64,000 nt of DNA. Origin: Marsupella aquatica (lineage: Eukaryota; Plantae; Marchantiophyta). Both the position numbers and the translations under genes were made by a program. The notes under the pieces were generated by a model. The model worked only from the letters and a program-made list of their open reading frames with translations, did no database searches and was not told the DNA's origin. Shown here in pieces: positions 13,538-26,277 of the stretch. Each line of letters begins with the position of its first letter. The first letter of the stretch is position 1. Location of the stretch: the NCBI GenBank assembly GCA_973895155.1, contig OZ316898.1:14042330-14106329 (forward strand). The letters are read 5' to 3'.

Positions 13538-16500
13538 CCACATGTTTGTTGATGCAGACCTTGTCTCCAGCTCGCTCTAGGGGCGAGGCAACACAGAAAT
13601 ATCTTGCTTTAATGTTTGTCATTTCAATTTGTTTTGCCAGGAGAACAACTTGGATCCCCAGAGTTAAATATTATGGCCGAGGATGTCAAGGACTTTATTT
13701 TCCCTGGACAAGATAAGGCAGGATTTTCATGGGCACTTGAAGTAGGGATCATGGAGAATGACTTGTCGATGATTTGTATCAAGGCAATCACTGCTGAGAC
13801 AATGAATGACAAGAAGATAGTTGCGTTGGGCCCTGTGGTCCTTGTAAATTGCAGTGATAACCGCAATGTTACAATCATTATTGAATCCAGAGAAAGATCT
13901 CAGTGGATGAGACTTTACTAGCCAATCAAGATGTACTCATCAATTATCAACGTGGAGTGGATAGCACGCTCGGAGGCTAGTATTTGTTCAATGGGATTTC
14001 TTCCAGATGGGTTCACTGCAGAGGATGTTCTTGAGAGGCATGGAAGATTCAAATTGAGTGGGGTTGATGTTGTCTTTGGATTCCTCTCTGTGAAGCGGTA
14101 CATGTATGATCATCCGGACCTTATAGATCTTCCTAACACATGGGTTGTCCAGAGGATGATTGAAACAACACGCTTTTCATATGAGCAAGCAATTGATAAG
14201 AGTTTTATTTTCTCTGATGAGTTTGACGAAGATGCTTTCATGAAGTGGATTTCAACTCAAAAGAAGAAGGAAGAAAAGCATTGAGGTAAGGGGAAGATGA
14301 AGATGAAGGCCAAAGAAATGACGTCGGCTGAAACACAGAAGAAGAGAAAACAAAGAGAGCCAAGGAGTGAAGGAAGTACTAGAGGAAAAAAGGCGACATT
14401 GAAGAAGAAAGATAAGGACTCCGACAAGAAGCCCAAGAAGAAGGCCAAGATTGGAAAATCAAAGCCCGTGTCAGCGTCAAAAGCAAGGTTGGTCTTGGAT
14501 CCGGAGGATGATACATGCCCAACAGATGCACCAGAGGAACGAGATGTATTGGAGTGGCAGAAAGCTTTGCGGAACATCGAGCAATACTACACTTTTGGAA
14601 TCAGGGAGGTTTTTGAAATCCCGGTTAAAAGTATTCTTCCGCCTACTGCGGTTTTTGTGTATCGGATGTTCAACCAGGCTCATGCCTTAGAGATAGCAAA
14701 ATGAATGATGAAAAACCCTGGCCAGGAACCACATGTTGCAGATTTGATTCCATTTCTAGAGCGCACTAAGCAGTTGTTACATTTTGACAATACCGCACGC
14801 GATCGGAAGCAATTTTTGTTTGGTGTTAAGAAGCAAGAGATACAATTTCTTGCAATCAGTGGGCAACATTCCGCAAAGGCTGCACAATGGATTCAAGGGT
14901 GGGCAGACAAGGATGCCAAGCTAACTGATCTTGCTAGCAAACTCCAATATCGGAAAGCGAGGATCTTATCAGACCTCACTCCAAGGGCAATTTTGGTCGA
15001 GCACTCGAGCCTTTCAAATGCAGTAAATCAGACCATGCAGTTTAAGTCTTGTTTTCTAGAGACAGTTGTTCATGCGAGAAGGCAATTTGATGAATGTGGG
15101 AAACCACCGCGTCCAGGAATTGGAACAAACCAAAGTACAGACAACCAGAAATACCAGGTAAACATTTTCATTAGTTGGAACTGTAGTTTAATTTTGCCTC
15201 GCTCTTAGAGCGACCCAAATGAAATTGAACGATGAATACAATGATTGCCCCACCATTTTCATATGGCTTTGTCATTTTCTTCGCCTCGCTCTAGGGGCGA
15301 GGCAGAGAAGTTGAAGTTTCTAAGTTTAAACATCTAACATGTTTTTTGGTGGATGAATGTAAATGCAGGATTGGTTTGCCCTCGCAAAGATAACAATGGG
15401 AAAGTCGAGCTTGAAAGCCATTTTTTGGTTGCTCTTTGCTGAGGATAAGCTTTTCCATTTATGGCAAACTGTTTGTTGGGATTGGTTGGCAGGGAAGCTC
15501 CCTGGCGGGGCAGGAGAGTATGGTGGGCCGCGGCCACTAAAGCTGGTCACGCCAACTCTTTTTAGATGTTTTGAAGGGGAGATCAGTTCTAAGGATATCA
15601 TTGATATATTGACCGCGGTTTATGAGAAGAAAGCACTTCTCAAGAAAGATGCCTCCAACAAGATGGATCTGGCCGGTGTCAATGCCAGATATGGCTCATA
15701 CCATCAAGGTAATGACTAAATTGAAGCAAGTCATTGTTGAGTACTTTGTTGAGAAGCACAAGGAGAAGTTTCCCGGGGGGACATCGTGGGCTTTGGTGGT
15801 CAACATCATGCCGGCCTTGGGATCTCAACTTGAGCTGACAAAATTGCGAAGAGCAGCTGGGGAGGTCTACCTTAGCAGTTTATTAAGGAAGAACATTGTG
15901 AAGGAGGCTTTCCCTCAAAGTCTAATGGTGAGATTAGACGGGTTGTACTGCAAACAATTTGGTGGAGTTGGGCGCACACGAACAGAGCCTTTCTTGACGT
16001 TCTTCAGTGAGAATCTAATGAAGACAACCACGCCAGAGTTATTGGAAGAGGCGACGCCAATGTGTCCACTTGCAATTGTTGATTTTAGTAGGGCACGACA
16101 ACATGAATGGACAGATTCGGAAATTTTTGTATTGCTCCAATATATTGTGGAGTTGCCAAGGAATACAACCATTGTAGTTGTCATGACTACTCATCCAGGG
16201 CCACTTCCAGCCAACATCTTAAGTGCCCTAAGGAAATTAGGACATGAAAAGCATTTGGCCATCCATGTTGAATACGGGAGTTATGATCGGGAAGATCGCC
16301 CAAATCCGCAGGGCTTAATTTTTACAGGAGCGATTGAGCAGGTCATTTTTGCTGGAATTATAGGTGAAGACAATTTTGATTGGAATCAATTGTTTAAGCC
16401 AGAGTTCAATTCAAAATTTAGTTTTCACCCCGATGTTGACTGTGATTTCAATATTGAAGTGAAGGCTGACAAGCAAGAGAAAAGCAAGGGAAAAGAGAAT

Positions 16501-17974
16501 GAGACAGAGGAGCAGTCTCCCGCATTTGATATGGCAAATTTATTGCGGCAAGCTCCAATGTTTGAGATGGTCGGAAGTCAAGGAGGATTTGTCAATCCGC
16601 ATGCCAAGCCCCGACACATGCTCAAAAATATTATTGAATGTTTTTCCGGTGAGGGGGAGACTGTCCTCGATTTTTTTTCAGGAGGGCAGGTTTTGAAGGT
16701 GGCCTTGTTGGCATACCGAGATTGTTTTGTCTATTCAGACACTTTGCAAGAACACCATTTCACCCAAGCATATGCAAGGGTTTTGTGCAACAGGATTTCC
16801 TCCCTTATGAAAGAGCGGATGGGAGTACATGGTCCTAGTAGAGCTCATCTAAGTGTTCTTTGCGGGCCTATGGACAACCCCCAACCGGGCCCTCAGCGAG
16901 TTGACCTTGAGGATGGTGAGTTGCAGCATGATGATGGAGGTTCAAGTCCTATGGTAGAGGAGGATTTTGGTGGAAATTGGGATGCTCGAGCAACAAAAAT
17001 GGTTGGCATTACTACCTACGGTGTTGAAGGGCTACCTCAACTCGACATAGTGATGTCGGGTTGCCCTGAGAGTGACCCTCCATCAAATCCTCTCAACCCT
17101 GAAGTATCAAAATTGCATCCCAAGAGACCGCAGGTATCGTGCACATTGGATGCAGGTTGGCAGAATATTGGGGCCACTACACCCACCACGGACCTACAAG
17201 TTGGTATTGCAGAAGCGATTGAAGACAACCTTCCACTTGGAGAGACAACAAATGTTGAAGCTGAAGAGGCAGGTGCTTCAACTTGTTTCGAGTCTCCTCA
17301 ATTTTGTTCGTCAGGGAATAAATTGGTCTTCACAAGGATGTCAAGCGGAAGCCCCATAATATTACGCTTGTCTCAAAAGTCTGGATCTGAGATAGGTAGA
17401 ACAGGATATATGAAGACAGTCCGTCATGCAACTCATTTCATTTGGAGAAATGGACCTAAAGTTGGATTGAAAGAAACGTTGGAGGATGCGCCTAAGTTAA
17501 TGGTCAAACCTGATTACATAATAGACAAATTGAGATTGAGTCCAGTGTTTGCGCCGCCAACGTTGGTGGAGCAGCTTCCTGTTGGCGTCAATTCTGATAT
17601 CCAAAGTGATCTAGGTGATAAAATGATAGATGAATATGGGTCATTTAGTAGTGGAGGTTAATATTATGGTTTCGTTCTTCTATTTTTCACAATAATCTAA
17701 AATATTATGTTTGGAAATCATATATGGACAGACCAAAGTTTTGTCATAGCATCTCTTCCATCGAAGGATATTATTGGTCTACCTTCAGCAAGCGGTACCC
17801 TGGTCCAAGACAAAGCATTTGAGCAAGGTACTTCTACATTGATATATCAAAATGCTTTGACATTCAAAAATGATATGTTTGTTTTCCCCATTAGGTCGGG
17901 TCGATCCAGGTTCGACCCTAAGTTCTTCTTTTATATCTTTTAGATATAATTTTGATTCATTTGGATCTTTGCAG

Positions 17975-19047
17975 ATTTCACTCCTAAATTGCACTCTGAT
18001 ATAAGAAGAAAACTCTTGATTTTGGACCTGAACAAAATTTGTTGGGATTGCGTCAAAACAAAAAGCTCGGGACCATTAAGATCTACAACAACTGTGCGGG
18101 GTGTGCATTGGGGGAGACGGGGTGGATTCAATTTCATGTACGTGGAAAGGCCAGGGTTGCACCAATTTTTGGAGGTGGCTTTCAAAGGTTTTGATGTTGC
18201 ATTGTGGACTTGTGCGGGGAGGCCAAGAACTAATGAAATGATGAATTTGATTTTCAAAGAAGAGGAGCGGAGGCAATTTAAATTTGTTTTCACACAAGAA
18301 GATGCTTTTGATACTGGCATAAAAAGACCGGACGTAGCAGATGGGAAAGCAAATATTATGTTGAAGGATTTGCGTGTGGTGTGGAGTCGTTTTGGAGACA
18401 AGTATGATGATACAAACACTCTACTTATTGATGACTCTCCAGTGAAGGCTTTTGCAAATCCACAGTATAGTGGTTTGTTCCCAACTCCCTTCTCACACAT
18501 TGCCGAGAGTGACACTTTTCTACCAGAGATACTTTGGCCATTCCTTAGAAAATTGTGGAAGGCTTATGACATCCGACAATATATATCTGTCAACAATCCA
18601 CTTTGGTCATTTGTTAATATAAATGATGACCGTGAAAGTAATGCTGCAATCTATGATTTACTTTCCCATAAGTGGGGAAGTAAGATTTGGCGTTCCAAGA
18701 TTGAGTATACCATCTTGGATGTCACTGGAGATGAGATATGTTGGGAAGTGAGGGATATGGTACAATCCTACCCTACATTTGAGAACCTGACCGAAGATGA
18801 TATGAAAGATGTGGTCAACAACTGTTTGGGCGAGTCTTATGCAGGTCCCTTCAGAGAAAATCCTCGCCGATTTGTCTGGGAAGTTCTAAAGACTAGGGAT
18901 CTCACCTCTAAGTTTAAAAACCGTTATCCCAAAGACACTTGCACTCGTGACAGACTATATGACCCAAATGGAGAGCGACTCACTTGTTCAAATCAGTCAT
19001 GTAGACATATTCATGGAGGCATAGAATTTGAAATTTTAGATGATTAA
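17975..19047 (+). CDS. FCP1/NIF-family HAD phosphatase-like domain (open final exon)
   Basis: LLILDLNK (DxN variant typical of plant FCP1-like proteins), RPGLHQFLEVAFKGFDVALWT, KDLRVVW, NTLLIDDSPVKAFANP. Confidence 0.85.
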
Positions 19048-19502
19048 TCATTATGTTTCTGTACATTGTAGGACACAAGATTGGAGTCATGCAATCATTT
19101 TTCTATTTCACAAGTCATAGAACTACTTTGGACTTTACACTAGCTTGACCATTGGAGTAGGATCGACATTATGGCTAGCCAACCTTGAATATATGTTATG
19201 ATAAATGAGATGATTAATCTCACTTTGAATTTAATCATGAGTTTTTGACCAAATGATACATGTTTGTCACTTATCTATTTAATTTCAAATACAATTAATA
19301 TTAATAATTTCTGTATTATGATTAATTGATTAAAATCAAATTTGGAGTGCAAAAGTGTAATTTTAAACCAAAAAGAGTGTATATTTAGTCTTGAAAAATT
19401 GTTTATTTGGAGCAAAATTAATGGACTTTTTAGAGACAAGAATGTAAATTTGAGGATCACAATCTGGACTTTTAAATTTCCAGTTTTAATAAATACTGTG
19501 AT

Positions 19503-21477
19503 CCTCAGAAAACTGAAGTAAGGAAACAGATCAGAAGCCTCGTTCTGTATGGGTGTACCGCTTAGGCACCACCTCCTCTCTGCCTTGAGACAACGCGAGG
19601 CCTTGAAATTTTGACTAGTTTTATTTTTCATGACATGACACTCATCCAGGACTACTCTAAGCCAACTAATCTTAAACAGTGGACCTGCAAGTCTAGGTTT
19701 TTTTACAGGTCTCTTCATACTCCCTTTTGGCACACTGGAAGTCTTTGGAGCAATGGGAGACTCCCCTGTCATGATTGAGTACGTAGTGACAACCACGTCA
19801 TGGCTTGAAATAAAGTTGATGTCTTTATTCCTCTTGTTGTGGTAGAGGAGGACCTTCACTTTTGCTATCTTGGAGGTCCTTGCAGCTATTTCTTGGCCCC
19901 ATTGAATCACCACACTGGCTGGACAAACAACTAGAGTTGGCCCACACTTATGAGGGCGATTCGCGAGAAATAGCGCTATGACATGCATAGTTTTCCCCAT
20001 TCCCTAAAAAAATCCAAGCCAAGAAAACGGTCAGGGACCCACTCACTTGCAGACAAGGTGCGCGCGTACCCCTAACATACTCCAAAAATACCCCCAAAGT
20101 ATTCCGCTGAATGAAAATAATGAGTGCGACTTCGGCTTAATTTGGGGGCTTTTGTACCTGGTCATCCGCCAACATCCCACCAATTGGAGAGCTTTTTCCA
20201 GATTCGCATTCCAACATCCATGCAAGACCAATCCATTGGTGTGGATATAGAGCTATAGTCATTGTACCAGGTGGAGGGCATGCCTCCTCTGTCAAGTGAG
20301 ACCCTTGGATATCAATCTGCGGATCCCGCTCACAGCCAAGTTAGATATGCTTGAACATTGTTTCTGAAAAAGCAGTAATCACACAACAAAGGAAAAAAAT
20401 CGCATGTCCAATTTTTCTGCAAGATCAACCTCTAGCGCACGTATGTGTTGTGATAGAACACGCATGCACTCTGGCATAGAGGGCGGCGATTTGTGCTCAC
20501 CCTGAGGACATTTCTGTTCATCCCTGGAGAATTGGGTCGCAACCTCCGATGGTTGCCCCTCACCGTCAGACGCACCATCCCCTTCCTCGTCCTCTCGTGA
20601 GCCATCTTCTCCTTCCTCGTCCTCTCATCCTCTCGTGATCCATCATCCCCTTCCTCGTCCTCCTGTGAGCCACTGTCCCCGTCCTTGTCCTCTTCTGAGC
20701 CAGCCTCCCCTTCCTCGTCCTCTTGTGAGCCATTGTCCCCTTTCTCCTTGTCGTCCTCCTCATGATCATCTGCGTGTTGTTCGACCATAAGCTCCTCCAG
20801 CGAATACCCTTAGTGTACAAGAATCTGCGTTATAGCAGTGCCACAGTAGCAAGGAAGTCGTTTGTCTATGACACCATTCTTTGATAGGTGTGACTTTAAC
20901 CTGAGGATCTCACTCGTCAGATTATCGTACACCAAATGTGCCCAATCGGGCTTCACCATGGGAGTTTCAGCTCCTCTACAACGATCACGTACCCTAATCG
21001 TATCCCACCAATACGCCCAGTATACCCACATGTCTTTTGAGGTGACTTGAGTGGGTTTGCTCTTGCCTGAGAGCAATTCAAAAATTGCCCTGATTATCCC
21101 ACACCACTGCATATATGGCGCAGTGATTTTGTCTAGACTGTATGGGTTGCCTTTCGTCTTGGCAGAAAACATGGAATTTAGTTGACCTTGGACCAACCCA
21201 GGTTTAAATCGGGCCCATTCTCCAGACGGAAAAGCAAATGCAGCTTGCAATACCTCTCTGTTGAATGTGTGAGTTGCACCCCGAAATGACACACAGTTCG
21301 ACCTTGATCATACCCTACTATGAACTCCTTTACAGCAGGAATTGCAACTCTGGGCCAGTCGAGTTCAAAACATGGAACCAAACCAGCTTTTCTAGCTAAA
21401 TTATGGTCTGCAGGGGCCATCCCTAGATAATGCCGTATTACCCTCCCCGAGCATGACTTCCAAATCGTCTCCGTCAC
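19503..21477 (-). pseudogene. SNF2 helicase gene, 5' half: ATPase N-lobe plus upstream acidic and TE-protein-like region
   Basis: LYPHQWIGLAWM..GGMLADDQ|GMGKT (intron 20004-20157), TLVVCPASVVIQW, VVVTTY, RVVLDECH, RWCLSGTPIQN; upstream ORFs 20810-21292 and 20432-20788 are in frame across one stop and probably splice into it. Confidence 0.85.
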
Positions 21478-22226
21478 GACTATACAAACAAAGTAGGCCT
21501 TAGTTGCGCCATTCTAACAATCGATCAATATACTTCATGCGGAATTAAGAACCAAAGGAGTTGAGTGAAAGAGGGGTACATACGATCTGTGATATCCTCG
21601 TCGCTCTGCATCAACAATGCGACTGGCGCTGGACGATCATGTCGACGAACCATACTTTCACCAATCCTCCAACGTCACCCCGCGCTCGTCGATACTTGCT
21701 TCCGTCGCTAACACCCCAAGTGTTATCCAATGGCAGACTTGTCAGCCACAAAGATCTACGAAACCTACACAATCAAAGACTGGAGCTCAGGAGCTCGCAC
21801 CATTGCCCAAAGCTTATAAGGAATTCCTCATAGGGCGTTCATGTGCGCAGTGGCATGCATCATTTAGTCACTACAGTTTCAGTAGTAGATCTCACAACAA
21901 AGATTCTATCTCCGATCGGTGGCACCGCCCTTTCACTACCCCAACGTACATTTTATCACGTTCCCAAGTAACCTGGTAATACCCATCCATTATGTCATGT
22001 CCGACCCAGAATCCAATGATATTCGTGACCCATGCCGTCCCCGATCATACCCCGTGCGAAGCACCATAGCGTCACCATCACAGGCTCACGTCTGACCTGC
22101 ATCTCACACATCCTACGGTCTGCATCCTGGTCAGTATTCAGTTATTGACAAAACGATGCCTCTCAAGTGTTGTCATATCCCATAGTATCTTTCTTTTTGT
22201 CGTACTTGGGACTTTCCATGGTATTA

Positions 22227-25200
22227 CTATACGGTATTCCACCGTACAGGGATACCATGGTGAAGTCCAATTGCACGAAAATCAAGCCTCAATGCAACTA
22301 ATCTTTGAAAGGTGATGTGTTCATCAATTTGTGACGCTGCCTTGTAGATTGGGCAACTTGACCGAGAACCCTGTACAGACAACCAGCTCACACCAACCTT
22401 CCCGAGGTCCTTCTTATTATGATTTGCATTGTGTGATTCTGCCATGTCATCCCCTCCCTCCTCCTCCTCCTCCTCCCCGTCAGAAGCACCGTCCACTCCT
22501 ACATCCCCCGCTTGCATTTCCGTTGCCGCATCGCGCCTGGGAAGGAGGACTTCCCTTACAACACACAGGTCAGGGATGGAAAGTGAGTCCGCTATTGCAA
22601 TCATTATGTCCCCTACCTTTGGGAAAGGAGGGCAGTTTGCAATTGTGGTAGGGAGTTCCCGTACTAAAGTATCTCCAATCTCCAAGGCTACAACCTCCCT
22701 CCCGCCTCTTCGAATTGGGAAGAACTTGTGTAGAATTCTTGACATAGGCCTACAGTTGTTGCCATGTGCGTGATATACTTTTGGTTCCAAAAGAGTAAAC
22801 AGGGAATACTCATCTCGTTCCCAAGACAGTAAATTTCGCCGAGGATCCTGTGTATACTGTTGTTTATACCAATCCGCCTCAAAGAATATGTCCATGTGGC
22901 CATCGAATTCATGCATGAAAATCTTTTGGAGTACTGCTTTCCAGTTTTGAGGATGTGAAGCATCTGTACTCCCATCTACCAGTACAACAACGTGATCGCC
23001 AGGCCTGTACACTTCAGCTCTCCACACAGCTGATCGCAATGGAGTGCAAGATTCACTAATTTCGTGGTCCTCACTGATGTTGAATACTCCAACATCTGTC
23101 CAATGCTGCTTCAATGACATCCTGGCGGACAGCCCCAGTTTCTTTGTCAGCTTCCTATTTGAGCCTATGCCAACCCCTTTGCTCAACAACATGTGCTTGC
23201 AACCATATGACTCCACAGAGGATATCATACTATCCCACAATTCCATCGCTAGAATTTGACTTGAAACTATTGGCACCGAATTCCTGTGCCAGTGTGGGCA
23301 TTCAGATGGTGGTACAGTGACTCTGCACCTGTGCTCCTTACGATGCTCCGCAGGTACACGCAGGGATGCATGAACTTTCTCCAAAGCCCTCTGATGAGGG
23401 AAAAGTCCATCGTCATCTTCCCAAATGTACGACGATATTTTTGTGAAAAAGCGTCGTGCAAAATGAAGAGAATAAGTGACTTCCTGGTCCTTCTGATTTG
23501 TTCTGGTGTGTCCATAGTCTGATACCATCCTCTCGAAGCGGTAGCACCAATAAACATAGTGTGGGCCATGTTGTTCTATCCCATCAAATATCTCTCCGCT
23601 CCCTAAAAATTGGGATCAAAACACATTGGGATTAGAACATCACCTCAGTGCAATGATGGATCGACCAACAATGAATACCCACTATCATCATGGTCATGTA
23701 GCAAGTGTAAACAAAATGACTCACCAGCAACATGCTCTAGAATTGCTCCATTTGGGCCCCAAGCCTCTTCTGAGCGAACTCTCCAAGAAGCCAGTAGAGA
23801 CCTGCCTTTTTTCAATGTGGCTGTAGTCCAACCCTCTTGTCTACTTCTAATATAAAAGAGGCGTGCAATCTCTACCAAAAGAATCCCAAGCGTCAAGGTC
23901 AGAGTGGACACTAATGTCCATCTGTTGGAGGATATGAGGCAGACAATACAATATGAATCGCGTGAACTCTTCAGCCTTGAAGTATCCCAATCTTTCAAAA
24001 GGTTGTTTAGGCCACCTTCCATCAAAACCTCTCGGTTTCCTAGCAGTAACCTCCTCCAGAGCATCTTCAAACTGTTTTTGATGTTGACGGGGAACACTCG
24101 AAACTAGAAGCTCGCAGTATTTCTTGAAAAGGCACAAGGCAAGGATATGCATTGTATCATACACCAGATCCTTGCTCAAACAAAATCCAGTAAGCTCATG
24201 TAGTCGCCAAGCCCTGGTCATGTTTGAAATCCCGCACTCCCTGCTTATCTTCATCCTCTCTGCAGTTGTTCCTGCCCTGGTCATGTTCCTGGCCGCCTCC
24301 CTCACCTCTTCAATTTTCCGTGTAGGTGGTGGATATCTCATCTGCATCCTATTGTTGTCATACACAGCCCTTCCCAGAAAACCTCGGGGTTGTGATTGGT
24401 CAGTCTCCTTTCGAGGATGATCAAACTTGCACTTCATCCATCGAGTGCTCATTTTACAATTCCTACAAGCGGAATAACCTGTAACATTCCAGCCCCCAAA
24501 TTTACATTGTGCGGGATGATCTCCAGTGAAAACTGCTAACAGTGCTCGTAGCACACACCTGGAGTCATTCGATACATTATCCTCTTCAGCCAATAATTCC
24601 ATAGGGTAATTGTAATCCACCTCTATCCCATCCACAAAAAACTCCTCCAGTTCTCTTATGAATGGTTCTAAGAAAGCATCCAAGCATTTCAGCTTTTTTT
24701 TTCCTACGTCGTCGTCATCACATGGCGGGATAAAAAGAATAGGGATAGGTGGAATTTTGGTTTGAGACCCGGCGCTTAAAACTTGGACCTCTACAGTCTA
24801 GGTGCTTTTGTGGGCAGTCTTGGCAGACTGAAATCCATCCCAGTGTGCCATGAGTGCAATATTTTGGGGATCACCCTGCATGCGGTGGGTCACACTAGTT
24901 AGACAAAAGTTACTCTATCATAACCCATAAATACCCTAAAAATACCCAGACCATACCCTGGTCATACAAAAGTGCGCAACAACAGTAACGCAAGAAGAAA
25001 TCACTAACCTTTGCAAATTGTTTCGGGGCCATGACTCGAGATCCGCAATCTGAGCATTGGAAGTCGTATTGTTTGCTAACATTATCCCAGTTGGCAGTAT
25101 CCAACAACTCAGGACATTTATTTGGTGTTGTTGAATAGCAAGCATAACAGTTTCGGCATAACACGGGAATCTCAAACTGTGTGCCAGTGTCCCAAAAGTA

Positions 25201-26277
25201 GGATAGCTCGGAAGCACGGTAGCCGTCCCACCATTCCTTGTACACAGGTCTGGGCATGGAATCCTTCTTAAACCACTTATCTTTGTCCCTCCACATTGCC
25301 TGGAACTCATGACAAACAGATCGACTGCTACATAACTTCCGCAACATGGGACCAATGGGGAAATATTCAAACCGGAGCATCTCCTTGCGAGCCGTGCCGC
25401 AACCATCCAATGGGCAACGTTCCGAACAACGCAAACAATCCCTGGCTAGATGCCACTTTGTCCCTGCGATTGAACAACTGCACTTCAATCCAGTTTGGAC
25501 ATTGTAGTCATCTTGGTGCGACGGCGGTAGGACTACGGGAGCATGCCAGTTTGGCTTCTGTCCAATACACATTCTCCACCGCTGCATTTTTGGCATACCA
25601 TATGCCTCAAACGTGCCACACAAACCCTTGAATGATGACAATGCATCAATTCCATGGTGTCCTCCATCCCACGTCACACCAGCGTGCCTTAGGAGTGCGC
25701 CCAATCCTACATTTGCCATGTCGGATGGAGGGTCGGGTGAAGGTGTCAAATTTGTAGATGGGGGAATCTGAATCTTCCCGAATAGCATTTTCAAATTGCT
25801 ATCCTGCAATGCCTGAGGCATTTTAGCCTCGTCAAGCATTGATTGTAATCTCCAAGTCTGTCGATAAATTGCTTCGTCCACGGTCAGTATTCTTCGAGGC
25901 ATTATGTGGATACCATACTGCATGGGAAGCGTTTGACCAATCCCATCAACATCCAGGTCCTGCAAATCATTTCTTCCAACGTCATCATTCCCGTCTCCTC
26001 CTGTAAGTGCCCTGTACAACAAAGTTGGGGCCGTATATCTGTGTTCTTGTCGGGACATTTGAACACCTAAGAAGTTGGCAGAATGACCGTCTTGATGCGA
26101 TAGGCCATGGCCATCCGGATGCCCACGGTCCACTAAAAACTTTGCAGGAATGACCCTGCCTGTCTTGTCATAGTTTGCATGTCGTCTTCGATTCCTTGGG
26201 CTCACAAAATCATACCCATCCCGTAAGCGTGAACATTTGTACTGACAGGTGCATTGTTCCTTCGGTTCTGGCGTCAT
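22227..26277 (-). pseudogene. CACTA/EnSpm TnpD-like transposase with C-terminal BAH-like domain
   Basis: N-terminal CTC..C..RRRH; YFPIGPMLRKL; WWDG; IALMAHWDGFQ; LDAFLEPFIREL; FTGDHPAQCK..CRNC; YDTMH; FKAEEF; HGPHYVYWCYRFERMV; then YRPGDHVVV..WKAVLQKIF..FFEADWY. Introns at about 24876-25008 and 23604-23724; one stop near 24798 and a frameshift near 23890. Confidence 0.9.

Larger units (their letters stand above)
12988..19047 (+). pseudogene. Spliced multi-domain cargo gene: ParB-like / beta-class N6A-N4C DNA methyltransferase-like / FCP1 (NIF) HAD phosphatase
   Basis: Predicted exons 12988-13156, 13641-15157, 15369-17656, 17732-17827 and 17975-19047, with GT-AG introns whose phases all match; three in-frame stops (13919, 14282, 14702) and a frameshift near 15680; motifs FLAISGQHS, LAIVDFS, NPHAKPRHMLKNIIECFSGEGETVLDFFSGG, LLILDLN..RPGLHQFL..KDL..LLIDDSPVK. 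Confidence 0.7.
7033..19502. mobile_element. 12.5-kb Sola-like DNA transposon inserted in an SNF2 exon
   Basis: TIR ATCACTATATTCATTAAAAGTGGAA versus ATCACAGTATTTATTAAAACTGGAA; 4-bp TSD CCTC at 7029-7032 and 19503-19506; excision restores the SNF2 reading FSFLR|YYPLGEW. The 4-bp TSD and transposase motifs fit Sola (family assignment is inference). Confidence 0.88.

Noticed and set aside
5151-21477. SNF2 gene as a resident host RAD5/RAD16 ortholog
   Set aside because: It lies within CACTA TIRs inside a Copia LTR, so it is cargo; no gene symbol assigned
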